Of a DNA stretch of 64,000 nt, positions 9,516 to 21,948 are shown piece after piece. The position numbers were made by a program, and so were the translations under genes. The notes below the pieces were generated by a model. It had not been told where the DNA came from. It searched no databases and saw nothing but the letters and a program-made list of their open reading frames with translations. Position 1 is the stretch's first letter; every line of letters begins with the position of its first letter. The DNA lies in assembly GCA_030390025.1 (NCBI GenBank), contig CM059431.1:124622001-124686000 (forward strand), read 5' to 3'. The stretch is from Squalus acanthias (lineage: Eukaryota).

Positions 9516-11206
9516 TGTGAGGGTTTTGTCTCTCAGCCTGTGAGATTCGCGTGGCTCTGTGCAGCCCGGGTGCTAGTGCGGGTTTAGGCCTTGTTGCCTG
9601 TTCTGGTCTCCAGCCAGTCTGGGAGCACTAGACACACCTGTGAGTGGTTCGACCCACTCGCCCTTACGGTTCTAGACACTGGACTTAGATGCGAGAGCAG
9701 TAATGGAGATGAAACTCAGGTAGACTCGGTTGAATGGTACGAAATGGAAAATCTTTATTGCATAGTACTTAAGATTACGAAATACATGTCATACGCACAG
9801 ATTAATGACAGTACAATCTTACACGCAGTTATGTAATTAATTTCAGGGAAACGAGGAACGAACGACACATCGTAAATGGGGACACACATTACAATTATCC
9901 TTAATACTTGAAACCCTCCCCTATCAATATCTGTCCTAAGCTAGATTCGTAGGATTCGAGACTCATGCTCACCACTCGTGATAACTCGGAGAATTCCGAA
10001 AACTCTGATCGGATGTTTTTCACTGCAGCGCCCACGTGTCGATCAGGGAGTCTCCTGGCCCCACTTGTTTACTCGTTTCTGCTCCGGCTAGCAGGCTGGA
10101 ACGTCTGCTGTCATGAAGATCTGTGTTGTCCTCGGAGTTCCGACTCTACTCAAAAAAGAGTCTTCCTGTGCCCTCGCACTGATGCGATAAAATTCGAAGA
10201 AGAGTCTTCCTGTGTCAGTTCTGTAGAACTCAAAGAAGTCTTCCTGGCAAGGAAAATGTCTATTCGACCTTCAGGCGCGGTCGGGGCTTACTGACCGTGG
10301 CGATAAGTATGGTCTTCTTCTCTTCTCATCTCATCTCATCTCATCTCATCTCATCTCGGGCCTTCGGTTCCAACACCGTTTACCGACTTATCGGAATGGT
10401 GCGCCCGCTTCAAGGCTTCAGAGCCCAGTTCTACACAGGTCTTCGCGACACGACACGAGGTAGATTCGAGCGGATCGTAAAGTTCAACAGTCTTTTGAAA
10501 AGAGACACGAGGCAAGCAGGAACAAGACGGCGAGTCAAGAGCAGCCACGAGGATAAACACCAGCAAGATAAGAGAAAGATGGACGGTTGGAGCTTGTAAT
10601 TATAGTGCAAAATCTTCCGTTTCCCGCCCAACCTTAATGTCTTCTCTTTTGTTAGGGTTTGGCGCTCAAATGTCTTGTATAGGGTGATCTTCGTTTTAAT
10701 GGGTTTCGGGGCTACTCGTAAACGTCTGAGTACCTGTTAATATTTCTCCCATTGTTTAATCGGTCGGTGTTCTCCCCGGAGGGGTTTTGGGGCTTCCAAG
10801 TGTTTTCTGTAACTACCCGCTAACGGCTCTCTCATCGTAGAGTCGTTGGGATTTTACATATTAATGTCTTTGGATGGGTTCTTGATTACTTGGTACAATA
10901 GCTTTTATTCGTACCTGGGAGACCGATTTCAGTATTTATGTGTATACTGTAAACCCATGATGTCTCGTGTATTATCTTAAATGTGCTGAGTCTTAATTGA
11001 TCTTGCACAAATGTTTACTGGAACGCCATCTTGTCTGCCTGTCGAAAAGTCTAGAATGTTCTGCCACGAGGTGCGGCGGCCATTTTACAAGCTGCTTGTG
11101 TCCACTTTGAAAACCTGACAGCATTCCGCTGAAATAAAAGCTGTTTGAACGAAACTATGTGTTTTTCTCCTTATTAATAAAATTGCGATATATTGCGAAT
11201 TCTACA
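9516..11206 (-). repeat. 5' LTR (1691 bp)
   Basis: TGTGAGG...TCTACA; about 5 substitutions versus 1774-3464 found by eye; adjoins the PBS. Confidence 0.97.
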
Positions 11207-13002
11207 GGGGTACCGTTAAGTCTCACCATTCACTGCAACTCACTAAGCCACTTCCAAAGGCTCACACAATTCTGTCTAAGAACGCAAAGTGTTGAAAATA
11301 AAGGTTTCAATGTTTAACAACACATTAACAGAAACTTTACATGAACATTGCATAAAACACCCAAGTGCCTTCCCTTGTGTGTTGTTAGTTTGTATGACTG
11401 GACTAAGATGAGGGTGAGTGTGAGCTGTGGTTAGTGAGATGAGGAAGTGATAATGTAGGTAGAGAGGGATGGGTGGAGTTGCAAGGTAAGTTGGTGTGAG
11501 TAAGGATGTGCAGGAGTAGGGTAGGGAAGGCAGAGTGATGAGGATGTGATGAGAGACACAGCAGGATGAGGTTGAATGGTGGGGTCGCGACACCGCTGCT
11601 GGCTCCATCCCGCTTTTGAAAATGGGGCCTAATAAGCCCGCCCAGCGCGTTACCCGGTCCAATTATATGGTGTGGGTCTGGTGATGTCACTCATGATGCC
11701 AGGATCTTTAAATGGTCCATGGCTACATTAGATTTGAAGTTTAATCTCGCAGAGTGCAGTCAGTGCATTAGAGTGCTGCAAACACTGACAATGACTGCAC
11801 AGAAGCAGAGGGCTGCACCCAGGTTCTCTGCTGACTCCCTGCATATGGAGAGAGTCAGAGCACGCAGGGAGGTCCTCTCCCCTTCCGATGGGTGGAAAAG
11901 ACCTCCCCAGGAGACCAAAACAGATTGGTTGCAGATTGCAGAGGAGGTCACAAGCAGGAATGTGGTCAGGAGGACCTGGGTGCAGTGCCACAAATGCTTC
12001 AATGATCACATTAGATCAGGAAACAATAGTACAAAGCCACAGTCAACCTCATCCTGCTGTGCCTCTCATCACATCCCCATCACTCTGCCTTTCCTACCTT
12101 ACTCCTGCACATCCTTACACACACCAACTTACCTTGCACCTCCATCCATCGCTCTCTATCTACATTATCACATCCCTATCTCACTAGCCACCCTTCACAC
12201 TCACCTTCATCCTAGTCCAATCATACCAACTAACAACACAAAAGGGTAGCCACTTGGGTGTTTTATCCAATGTTTATGAAAAGTTTCTGTTAATGTGCTG
12301 TCAAACATAAAAAATCTTTATTTCCAACACTTTGCGTTCTTGGACAGATTTGTGTGCACCTTTGCAAGTTGCTTAGTGAGTTGCACTGAATGGCGAGATA
12401 TAATGATACCCCCCGCAATGGTGATGAGTGTGAAATGAATGGCTTGGTCATTGTAGGGATGCTTTATGGTGTTGGTGTGGGGTGGTATCAATCTGGCACA
12501 TCATGTGGCATTCATATGGGTGCACAGCTTAAAGTTACTAAATCTGGCCATGATGATGCCATCACTGGCCTCCCAGGCAGCAATGTGCTTGGGTGCTGAT
12601 GCCCTCTGTCTTGTGCAGCATTGGGTAATTGCAGAGAAGGTTGGTGTTGTTGGTGCTGCTGGTGTGCCTGGTGCTGCTGGTGTTGAAGCTCATCATAGTC
12701 CGATTCTGAGGACCAAGGTGAGGCAATATAAAGGGCACCCATGTTGATGGAATAGATGACATGATGTGGAGATGGAATAGATGGCAGACGAAGTACAGAT
12801 GATAGAACCATTCTGTCAATGGTGAGAGAGTTCTTCCAATGAGGTGACACTAGATGGAGACTTTGCTGGAAACACATGCAGCCTGCAGAATCTCTGCTGG
12901 AAATGGATTGATCAACAACTTCTGCCTGAGGAAAGTGATCATCTGTCAGGTGGGAGCTTTCACTGAACATTTGATGCTGTCAAGTAATCAGTTGGAGGAA
13001 TG

Positions 13003-16000
13003 TTAATATAATGTTAATACAAATTTAATTACATTTAATTAAATAAAACAAGGCCATATAGGGATGGCAGTGCAGGTGTGGTGCCGCAACTGCAGCATGT
13101 GGGAATTTGTGGAGAGCATTGTGATCCCGGTCAACCACGTTTGCAGTAAGTGCCTGCATCTTGAGGAACTTCAGCTCAGAGTTTTTGAGCTGGAGTCTGA
13201 GGTGCAGACATTGCGGGGCATCAGGAATGGGGAGAGTTACCTGGACACGTTGATCCAGGAGGCAGTCACACCCCTTAGGTTAGGTAGTGGTACAGGTCTG
13301 GCTAGTGGTCAGGGGCAGGAGGGTGTGACTGCAACTCAGGCAGGTAAGGGGACCCCAGGTGCAGTGCTGGAGGAGTCTCAGCCTTTGCCCTTGTCCAACA
13401 GGTATGAGGTTCTTGCTGCTTGTGTGGATGAGGGAAAAGCCTGCAGGATGGATGAGCAGGCTGACCATGGCACCATGGTTCAGGAGGCCATTCAAGTGGA
13501 GGGAGTGAAAGGGAATGTAGTTGTGGTAGGGGACAGTATAGTCAGGGGGATAGAAACTGTTCTCTGCAACCGTGACCGAGCATTCCGAAGGTTGTGTTGC
13601 CTGCCCGGTGCCAAGGTTAAAGACATCTCCTCGCGGCTGGAGAAGAACTTGGAGTGGGAGGGGGAGGATCCAGTTGTCATAGTCTATGTAGGAAATGGCA
13701 TAGGGACAAACAGATTAGAGGTTTAAATGTGTGCCTCAAAGAGTGGTGTGGGAGGAAGGGGTTTCACTTCATGGGGCACTGGCACCAGTACTGGGGAAAG
13801 AGGGATCTGTTCCGCTGGGACGGGCGCCACTTAAACTGGGCTGGGACCAGTGTCCTGGTGAACTGAATAACTAGGGCAGTAGACAGGGCTTTAAAATAAC
13901 GAAGGTGGGGTGGGAGGATTCAGGAAAGAGTAAATTTAAAAGCAGTGAGAGAAATATCAAGGCTCTAGAGCAGAGTAGAGTTTTGGGTAAAAATAAGCAG
14001 AGTGTGTAAGGAAGGGTCAGAGAGAGTAACAAAGGTAATAAGACATCAGTGACTAAAGTGACATCAGGGAAAAATAGAAATAAGTCAAAGCTAAAGGCTC
14101 TATATCTGAATGTGCAAAGCATTCGCAACAAAATAGATGAATTAATAGCGCAGATAGAAATTAACAGGTTTGATCTAATAGCCATAATGGAGATTTGGTT
14201 GCAAAGTGGCCAAGGTTGAGAACTAAATATTCCGGGATACTTAACTTTTAGAAGAGATAGGCAAAATGGAAAAGGAGGAGGGGTAGCCCTGACAATAAAG
14301 GATGGGATAAAGACAACAGAGAGAAAGGATCTTAGCTCTGAAAATCAAGAAGTAGAATCAGTTTGGGTGGAAGACACAGCAGGGGGCAGAAAACATTGGT
14401 GGGAGTTGTTTATAAGCCCCAAAACAGTAGTTGTAATGTAGGGCAGAGTATAAATCAGGAAATTAGAGGCGCATGTAACAAGGCTAATACAGTAAACATG
14501 GGGGACTTTAAACTACATGTAGACTGGGCAAACCAAATTTGCAGTAATAGTGTGGAGGACTAATTCATGGAATGTATGCAAGATAGTTTTCTAGATCAGT
14601 ATGTTAAGGAACCAACTAGGTAATAGGCTATTTTAGATCTAGTATTGTGCAATGAAAAAGGGTTAATTATTAACCTTGTCGTAAAGGAGCCTTTAGGGAA
14701 GAGTGACCATAATGTGTTGAATTTTATATTGCGTTTAAAAGTGATTTAGTTAAATCCGAAACTGGGTCTTAGATCTAAACAAAGCAAACTACATAGGTAT
14801 GAGGCGCGAGTTGGCTAAGGTCGATTGGGAAACTACAATAAAAGGTATGATGGTAGACAAGCAATGGCTAGCATTTAAATAATTAATACATAATTTACAA
14901 CAAATATACATTCTTTAAGGCACAAAAACCCCACAGGAAAAGTGGTCCAACCATGGCTAACAAGAGAAGTTAAAGATAGCATTAGATCAAAGGAAGAGGC
15001 TTATAATGTTGCCAGAAAGATTAGTAAGCCTGAGGATTGGGAGGATTTTATAATTCAGCAAAGGAGGACCAAGAAATTGATAAAGATAGGGGAAATAGAA
15101 TATGAGAGTAAACTAGCAAGGGACATAAAACAGACTGTAATGGTATGTAAAAAGGAAAAGATTAGTGAAAGTAAATGTGGGTCCCTAACAGGCTGAGACA
15201 GGAGAAATTATAATGGGGAATAAGGAAATGGCAGAGAAATTAAACAAATACTTTGGCCGTGATTTTGTCAGTGGTGTCGGGATGGGTGCGGGACAGCTGG
15301 TCTCCAGCTTCCAGTCCTGCCCCCAGCTGCCTCCGCACCACAGACGTGATTTTCCCTTGATTGGCCTTACCGGTCAATTAACAGGAAGCGGGTCTGATTA
15401 CGTCATTTGATGATGCGTCATCTGCTGGTTTCCTTAAAGGGACCATGTACAATTTTATTTTGACAGTTGATTTCTCAGTGTTTGACTGCATTGAGGTGCT
15501 GAAAACATTGACAATCACTGCACAAAGGTGAACTCTTGTACCCAGGCTCTCCAATGACTCCCTCCATATGCTGGAATAGATGGCAGCTGCAGGGGGGATG
15601 GCAAAAGCAATCTGTCACTGGTGAGAGAGGTTCTCCCAATGAGGTGGCACTGGACATGGATTTATAAACTTGTAAGATAAAGAAATCTGTAAATGTTTTA
15701 AAAATGCAGTAACCAACATTTTATTTGCTCTGAATCTCACCATGTGCAACATTGGATCCTTCACACAACTTCTGCAGTGGTCACCTTTTCACAAACATTA
15801 CACCAGACTCACAACACGCCACACTTACCTGGTGTGGTGTCTGGACATCGGGAAACCCGACCCAGAAGCGGGAAAATGCAAAAACAGGCTGAAAACTACT
15901 GACAAGTACCTGTTAATAGGCAGGTAATTGCCTTTAATCCGTTTCTCGCCATTAGGTGTCGGGTCCATGTGCAAATCGGGGACCCAACACTTGGGAAAGC

Positions 16001-17834
16001 TGTTTGGAGGCAGGTTGATGGCAGGTTTGGGACCCGCCGTCAATCAATAACACTTTAACCTCTGACCCGCTTCTCTGAGCACCGACAGAATCACGGCCTA
16101 TGTGTCTGTCTTCATGGAAGAAGAAGCAAAAAACTTCCCGGAAATACTGGAGAACCAAGGGTTTAGCGAGAATGAAGAACTGAAAGAAATTAGTATTAGT
16201 AAAAAAATAGTACTGGAGAAATTAATGGGACCGAAAGCCTATAAATCCCCTGGACCTGAAGGCCTACATCCTAGGGTTTTGAAAGATGTGGCTATAGAGA
16301 TAGTGGATGCATTGGTTGTCATTTTCCAAAATTCCATAGAGTCTAGAATGGTTCTCGGGATTGGAAGGTAGCAAATGTAACCCCACTATTTAAGAAAGGA
16401 GGGAGAGAGAAAACGGGGAAATACAGACCAGTTAACCTGAAATCAGTAGTAGGCAAAATACTAGAATCTATTATTAAGGACATGGTAACAGGGCACTTGG
16501 AAAATAATAATAGGATTGGGCAGAGTCAACAGGGATTTATGAAAGGGAAATCGTGTTTGACAAATCTGTTAGAATTTTTGGAGGTTGTAACTAGCAGAAT
16601 AGATAAGCTGGAGCCAGTGGATGTGGTGTATTTGGATTTTCAGAAGTCATTCAATAAGGTGCCACACAAGAGGTTATTAAACAAAATTAGGACTCATGGG
16701 ATTAGGGGTAATATACTAGCATGGATTAAGGATTGATTAACAGACAGAAAACAGAGAGTAGGAATAAATGGTTCATTTTCAGGTTGGCAGGCTATAACTA
16801 GTGGGGTACCGCAAGGGTCAGTGCTTGGGCCTCAGCTATTCACAATCTATATCAATGATTTGGATGAGGGGACCAAATGTAATATATTCAAGTTTGGTGA
16901 TGAAACAAAGCTGGGTGGGAATGTAAGTTCTGAGGAGATGCAAGGAGACTTCAAGGGGATATAGACAGGCTAAGTGAGTGGGCAAGAACATGGCAAATGG
17001 AATATAATGTGGAGAAATGTGAAGTTATCCACTTTGGTAGGAAAAATAGAAAAGCAGAGTATTTTTTAAGCGGTGAGAGATTGAGAAATGCTATTGTTCA
17101 GAGGGACCTGGGTGTCCTTGTACATGAATCACTGAAAGTTAACATGCAGGTACAGCTAGCAATTAGGAAATCAAATGGTATGTTGGCCTTTATTACAAGA
17201 GGATTTGAGTATAAGAGTAAAGACATCTTACTGCAATTATAAAGGGGCCTGGTGAGACCACATCTGGAGTATTGTGTACAGTTTTGGTCTTCTTACCTAA
17301 GGAAGGATATACTTGCCATAGAGGGAGTGCAACAAAGTTTCATCAGACTGATTCCTGGGATGGGGGGATTGTCCTATGAGGAGAGATTGAGTAGACTAGG
17401 CCTATATTCTCTAGAGTTTAGAAGAATGAGAGCTGATCTCATTGAAACATACAAAATTCTTCCAGAACTTGACAGGGTAGATGCAGGGAGGATGTTTCCC
17501 CTGGCTGGGGAGTTTAGATCCAGGGGTCACAGTCTCAGAATAGGGGGTCGACCATTTAGGACTGAGATGAGGAGAAATTTCTGCACTCAGATGGTGGTGA
17601 ATCTTTGGCATTCTCTACCGCAGAGGCTGTGGAGGCTCAGTTGTTGAGTATATTCAAGACAGAGATTGATAGATTTTTGAATATTAAGGTAATCAAGGGA
17701 TATGGGGATAGTGCAAGAAAGTGGAGATGAGGCAGAAGATCAGCCATGATCTTATTGAATGGCAGAGCAGGCTCGAGGGGCCAAATGGCCTACTCCTGCT
17801 CGTATTTCTTATGTTCTTATCTTATGTTCTTATG
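13003..17834 (+). mobile_element. Near full-length degraded CR1 LINE (ORF1 zinc finger + SGNH esterase; ORF2 APE + RT)
   Basis: ORF1 13064-13726 (CxxC..CxxC, VVVGDSIVRG); ORF2 fragments 14090-17647 (KSPGP, YLDFQK.F.KVPH); (TTCTTATG)n tail. Confidence 0.92.
15255..16098. mobile_element. Harbinger MITE inside CR1 ORF2
   Basis: TIRs GGCCGTGATTTTGTC / GACAGAATCACGGCC; 3-bp TSD TTT/TAT; CR1 sequence resumes on both sides. Confidence 0.85.
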
Positions 17835-17837
17835 TTA

Positions 17838-18497
17838 GGACAGGTATATAAGGTGGTTAAAAAGGCATATGGGATACTTGCCTTCATTAGCCGAGGCATA
17901 GAATATAAGAGCAGGGAGGTTATGATGGAGCTGTACAAAATGCTAGTTAGACCACAGCTGGAATACTGTGTGCAGTTCTGGTCGCCAAACTGTAGGAAGG
18001 ATGTGATTGCATTGGAGAGGGTGCAGAGGAGATTCACCAGGATGTTACCTGGGCTGGAGCGCTTCAGCTATGAAGACAGACTGGACAGGCTGGGGTTGTT
18101 TTCCTTAGAGCAGAGAAGGCTGAGGGGGGACCTGATTGAGGTGTACAAAATTATGAGGGGCATAGATAGGGTAGATAGAAAGGAACTTTTCACCTTAGTA
18201 GAGGGGTCAATAACCAGGGGGCATAGTTTCAAGGTAAAGGGGCAGGAGGTTTAGAGGAGATTTGAGGAAAAACTTTTTCACCCAGAGGGTGGTAGGAATC
18301 TGGAACTCGCTGCCTGAAAGGGTGGTAGAGGCAGAAACCTCACAACATTCAAGAAGCATTTAGATGAGCACTTGAAACGCCATAGCATACAAGGCTACGG
18401 ACCAAGTGCTGGAAAATAGGATTAGAATAGATAGGGCTTGATGGCCGGTGCGGACACGATGGGCCGAATGGCCCCTTTCTGTGCTGTATAACTCTAT
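17838..18497 (+). mobile_element. 5'-truncated CR1 of a second subfamily, inserted in the previous CR1 tail
   Basis: ORF 17721-18254 (LVRPQLEYCVQFW, RRLRGDLIEVYKIM); (ACTCTATG)n tail split by MITEs. Confidence 0.85.
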
Positions 18498-19180
18498 GGG
18501 GGAAAAATTCAGTTGGTTGCGCCTCCCGTTAGCGCCTTAAGAGGGCGCTAATGGGGCGCAAAGCATCTGGCGCCCAGGCGTGGCGAAGTTTGCGCCGCTT
18601 GCGAAATTAACTAGTCATTTTGCGGCGGCGCTAAACACTACCGCCACGATCTCCTGCACCGGCAGATCGTGACGTCAGTCGAGTGCGCAACGCCCCGGTA
18701 TCTCCCCGGAGCGGATATTGAGTGGCGCCCCCCTGCCTTACCGCTCTGACGCTAGCAACGACAGGTTGAGGGGAGCATTCTGCAGTCATGAAGGGAAAGG
18801 GGGAGCGCTATTTAAAGGTGACCGCTTCCTGCCTTTTATTGTTGGTGCCATTTTTGAACTATGCATTCTGAGAGAGAGAGGGAGAGACTTCTGGAGAGAT
18901 TCAACATTGTGTGAAGGAGTTTTGGGTACTTAGCAGCACTTTGCAGGTTCATTTTGATTTGCCATTCCTTGTATCGATTTAGCAGAGACTGTGGGGGCTG
19001 CACTCTGAGCTCTTTGCCTGGTACTCTCCATTGTGCTTTCCAGCAGATTTGATGTGCAGGACTCTCCAGGCCAAGATTCAAGGCTGCAATGAGCAGGATG
19101 TGGATGGAAAGCAAGATTAACCAACCCCTTTAAGAACTGGTCCGTGCCATTGTGTGTGTGTTCCATTGCTGACTGACATT

Positions 19181-21721
19181 TGTAAGGGGTTGCGTGTTGT
19201 GCTTGTATCGCAGACGGTGCTGGTGCGGGGTTAGGCCTTCGTTGCCCAATACTATTGCTTGCTCTGGTCTCCGGCCAGCCTTGTTGCAATAAGCACCTGT
19301 GAGTGGTTCGACCCACTCGCCCTTACCGTTCTAACACTGGACTTAGGTGCGAGAGCAGTAATGCAGAGAAAAACTCAAATAGACCTGGTTGAATCGTACG
19401 GAATGGAAATCTTTATTGCATAGCGTCTAAAATCATGAAGTACATGTCATAGGCACAAATTAACAATAGTACAAGTATACATACATTCATAAAGCTTGGT
19501 CTATGGTAATGAAGAACGCACGGCACATCGTAAAAAGGGGAACACATTATACTTTATCCTTAATAAAACCACCCTCCCCTATCAATACCTACACTACATC
19601 TAGATTTGTAGGATCGTGAAACATGCTCACCACTCGTGATACTTCGGAGAATTTTAAAATGAGGCACTCGGCTCGTTTCGCTGCAGCGCCTGACTGTCAC
19701 GTGTTTGAAGGGGTCTCTGTACCCCACTTGTTTACTTTCGCTGCTGCTGCAAGCAGGCTGGGCTCCCCGTTGTCATGAAGAACTCGACAGTGCTCGGGCC
19801 CGACTGTAGAACTCAAAGAAAAGTCTTCCTGGACCGACACCAGTTACCGGTAGAATTCAAAGAAGAGTCTTCTTGTATCGACACCGGTTGTCGATAGAAT
19901 TCGAAGAAGAGTCTTTCACTGGTTCGTGCAGCAACCTATAGAGTTCAAAAATGGTCTATATATTTTCGGGCGTGGTCGGGGTTTACTGACCGCGGCGGCA
20001 CGTGGACTCTTCTTCTTCTCTTCTCATCTTGTCTTGTCTTTTCGGGCCTTCGGGACACTCAGGATAGTGCACGCGGTTACGCGCCCTCCGTTGAGGCGGC
20101 TCGTCCCGATTGAGCTCCACCCAACATTAGTTGACAGAGTCCAGAGAAAACACAGAAGGCTGCTCGTCCAGCAGAGCGATACCCGAGGATAAGGATAGGA
20201 GAGATAAGAGAGCGATGGACATTTGTTCACTATAGTTATAGGGAGAAAAAATCCGTTGTTTGCGCCTTCCGTTAGTGCCTTAAGAGGGCGCTAATGGGGC
20301 GCAAAGCAGCTAGCGCCCGGGCGTGGCGAAGTTTGCGCCGCTTGCGAAATTAACTAGACATTTTGCGGCGGCGCTAAACACTACCGCCACGATCTCCTGC
20401 GCCGGCAGATCATGACGTCACTCGATTGTGCAACGCCCCGGTATCGCCCCGGAGCGGATATTGAGTGGCGCCCCCTGCCTTACCACCTGACGCTAGCAAC
20501 GACAGGTTGAGGGGAGCGTTCTGCAGTCATGAAGGGAAAGGGGGAGCGCTATTTAAAGGTGACCGCTTCCTGCCTTTTATTGTTGGTGCCATTTTTGAAC
20601 TACGCATTCTGAGAGAGAGAGGGAGAGACTTCTGGAGAGATTCAACGTTGTGTGAAGGAGTTTTGGGTACTGAGCAGCACTTTGCAGGTTCATTTTGATT
20701 TTCCATTCCTTGTATTGATTTAGCAGAGACTTTGGGGGCTGCACTCTGAGCTCTTTGCCTGGTACTCTCCATTGTTCTTTCCAGCACATTTGATGTGCAA
20801 GTCTCTCCAGGCCGAGATTCAAGGCTGCAATGAGTAGGATGTGGATGGAAAGCAAGATTAACCATCCCCTTTAAGAACTGGCCCGTGCCATTGTGTGTGT
20901 GTTCCATTGCTGACTGACATTACATGAGCTTCGCCAACGCTCTGAGTTAGCGCCTCACTCCTCGGCCTTTGCACCTTAAGACAGGTGTGCAGCGCCTGAT
21001 TTAGCGCTCCACTCATCCCGGGGCGTTAAAAGTGAAGTTTCCAGTCAGTGGCGATAATTAGTGCCAGGCGCTAATTTTTGCGCCCGGACGATATTTGCGC
21101 CCCAAACGGGGCACGACTGAATTTTTCCCCCATAGTGCTGTGTTTTCTTATCTCCCGCCCAAATCTTAATGTTTGTCCTTTGTGAAATATTGGCGCTCAA
21201 AACTCCCAGCATGGGGTGATTCCTGTCTTTAACGGGTTTCGGTAGCACCTGAGACTGGACAACTACCCGTTAATGTTTTCCCCATTGTTGAACCAGCTAG
21301 GAGCCTCCCTGGCTGGGTTTTGGGGATCCCGAATACTTGTTTAAACACCCGAGAATGGCTCTCTCCTTGTAGAGCCGTGGGGGTATTTGCGTATTGATGT
21401 GTCTGGATGGGCCTTCGATTGCCCAGTACAATGGTCCTTACTTGTGCATGGAAAACGATTCCAGCACTCATATCTTTTGCTATTGTCACAAATGCAAAAC
21501 AGGTTGCATCCTGTCTTTATCAGTGCTTATCGAAAATGTTTATTCGAACGCCATCTTGTCTGCCCACTGTGCTTCTGGAAACTTCTGCCACGATGCGCGG
21601 TGGCCATTTTACAGGCTTCTGTGTCTTGTTTAATCATGACAGCATTTCGTTTAAATAAACTGATCAAACGAATCTGCTTCTATCTCGTTATTTCGAATCG
21701 CGATAATTGAGAAACTTTACA
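19181..21721 (-). mobile_element. Solo LTR of the F-env LTR group (subfamily 2), interrupted by a MITE
   Basis: TGTAAGG...TTTACA; TSD CATT (empty site visible in the sister MITE at about 20915); homologous to 1774-3464 and closer to the revcomp of 61780-63518. Confidence 0.92.
20241..21131 (+). mobile_element. Harbinger-type MITE (family A) inside the solo LTR
   Basis: GGGAGAAAAA...TTTTTCCCCC; TSD ATA; empty site visible in the LTR at about 62383-62400. Confidence 0.9.
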
Positions 21722-21948
21722 CATTACATGAGCTTCACCAGCGCTCTGAGGTAGCGCCTTGCTCCTCGGCCTTTGCGCCTTAAGACAGGTGTGTAGCGCC
21801 TGATTTAGCGCTGCAATCACCTCCAGGGGCGATAAAAGTCATGTTTGCAGTCGATGGCGATAATTAGCGCCAGGCGCTAATCTTTGCGCCCGGCCTATAA
21901 TTGTGCCCCAAATGGGGCGATACTGAATTTCTCCCCCTATGACTCTAT

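Larger units (their letters stand above)
1774..11206 (-). mobile_element. Young pol-less LTR element / endogenous retrovirus-like provirus: LTR-gag-ORF2-env-LTR
   Basis: Two direct 1691-bp repeats (offset 7742) with TG...CA ends; 4-bp TSD GGGG (1770-1773 and 11207-11210); PBS, PPT, gag and env all on the minus strand. Confidence 0.95.
1265..11580 (-). mobile_element. Non-autonomous Harbinger derivative (pieces 1265-1773 and 11211-11580) split by the LTR element
   Basis: The two flanks of the provirus join into a sequence matching the reverse complement of the uninterrupted copy at about 12050-12850 (empty site CCATTGYGGGGGGTA). Confidence 0.7.
18498..21937 (+). mobile_element. About 0.9-kb Harbinger-type MITE (family A) carrying a solo LTR
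   Basis: TIRs GGGGGAAAAATTCAGT / ACTGAATTTCTCCCCC; TSD TAT; matches 20241-21131 and 21949-22840. Confidence 0.88.

Noticed and set aside
9516..9520. Both 5' LTRs end in CACA/GACA while the 3' and solo LTRs end in TACA
   Set aside because: Only two observations; could be chance substitution.
1774..11206. Foamy virus assignment (long LTR, 4-bp TSD)
   Set aside because: A CCHC knuckle, Arg PBS and cleavable signal peptide do not fit spumaviruses.
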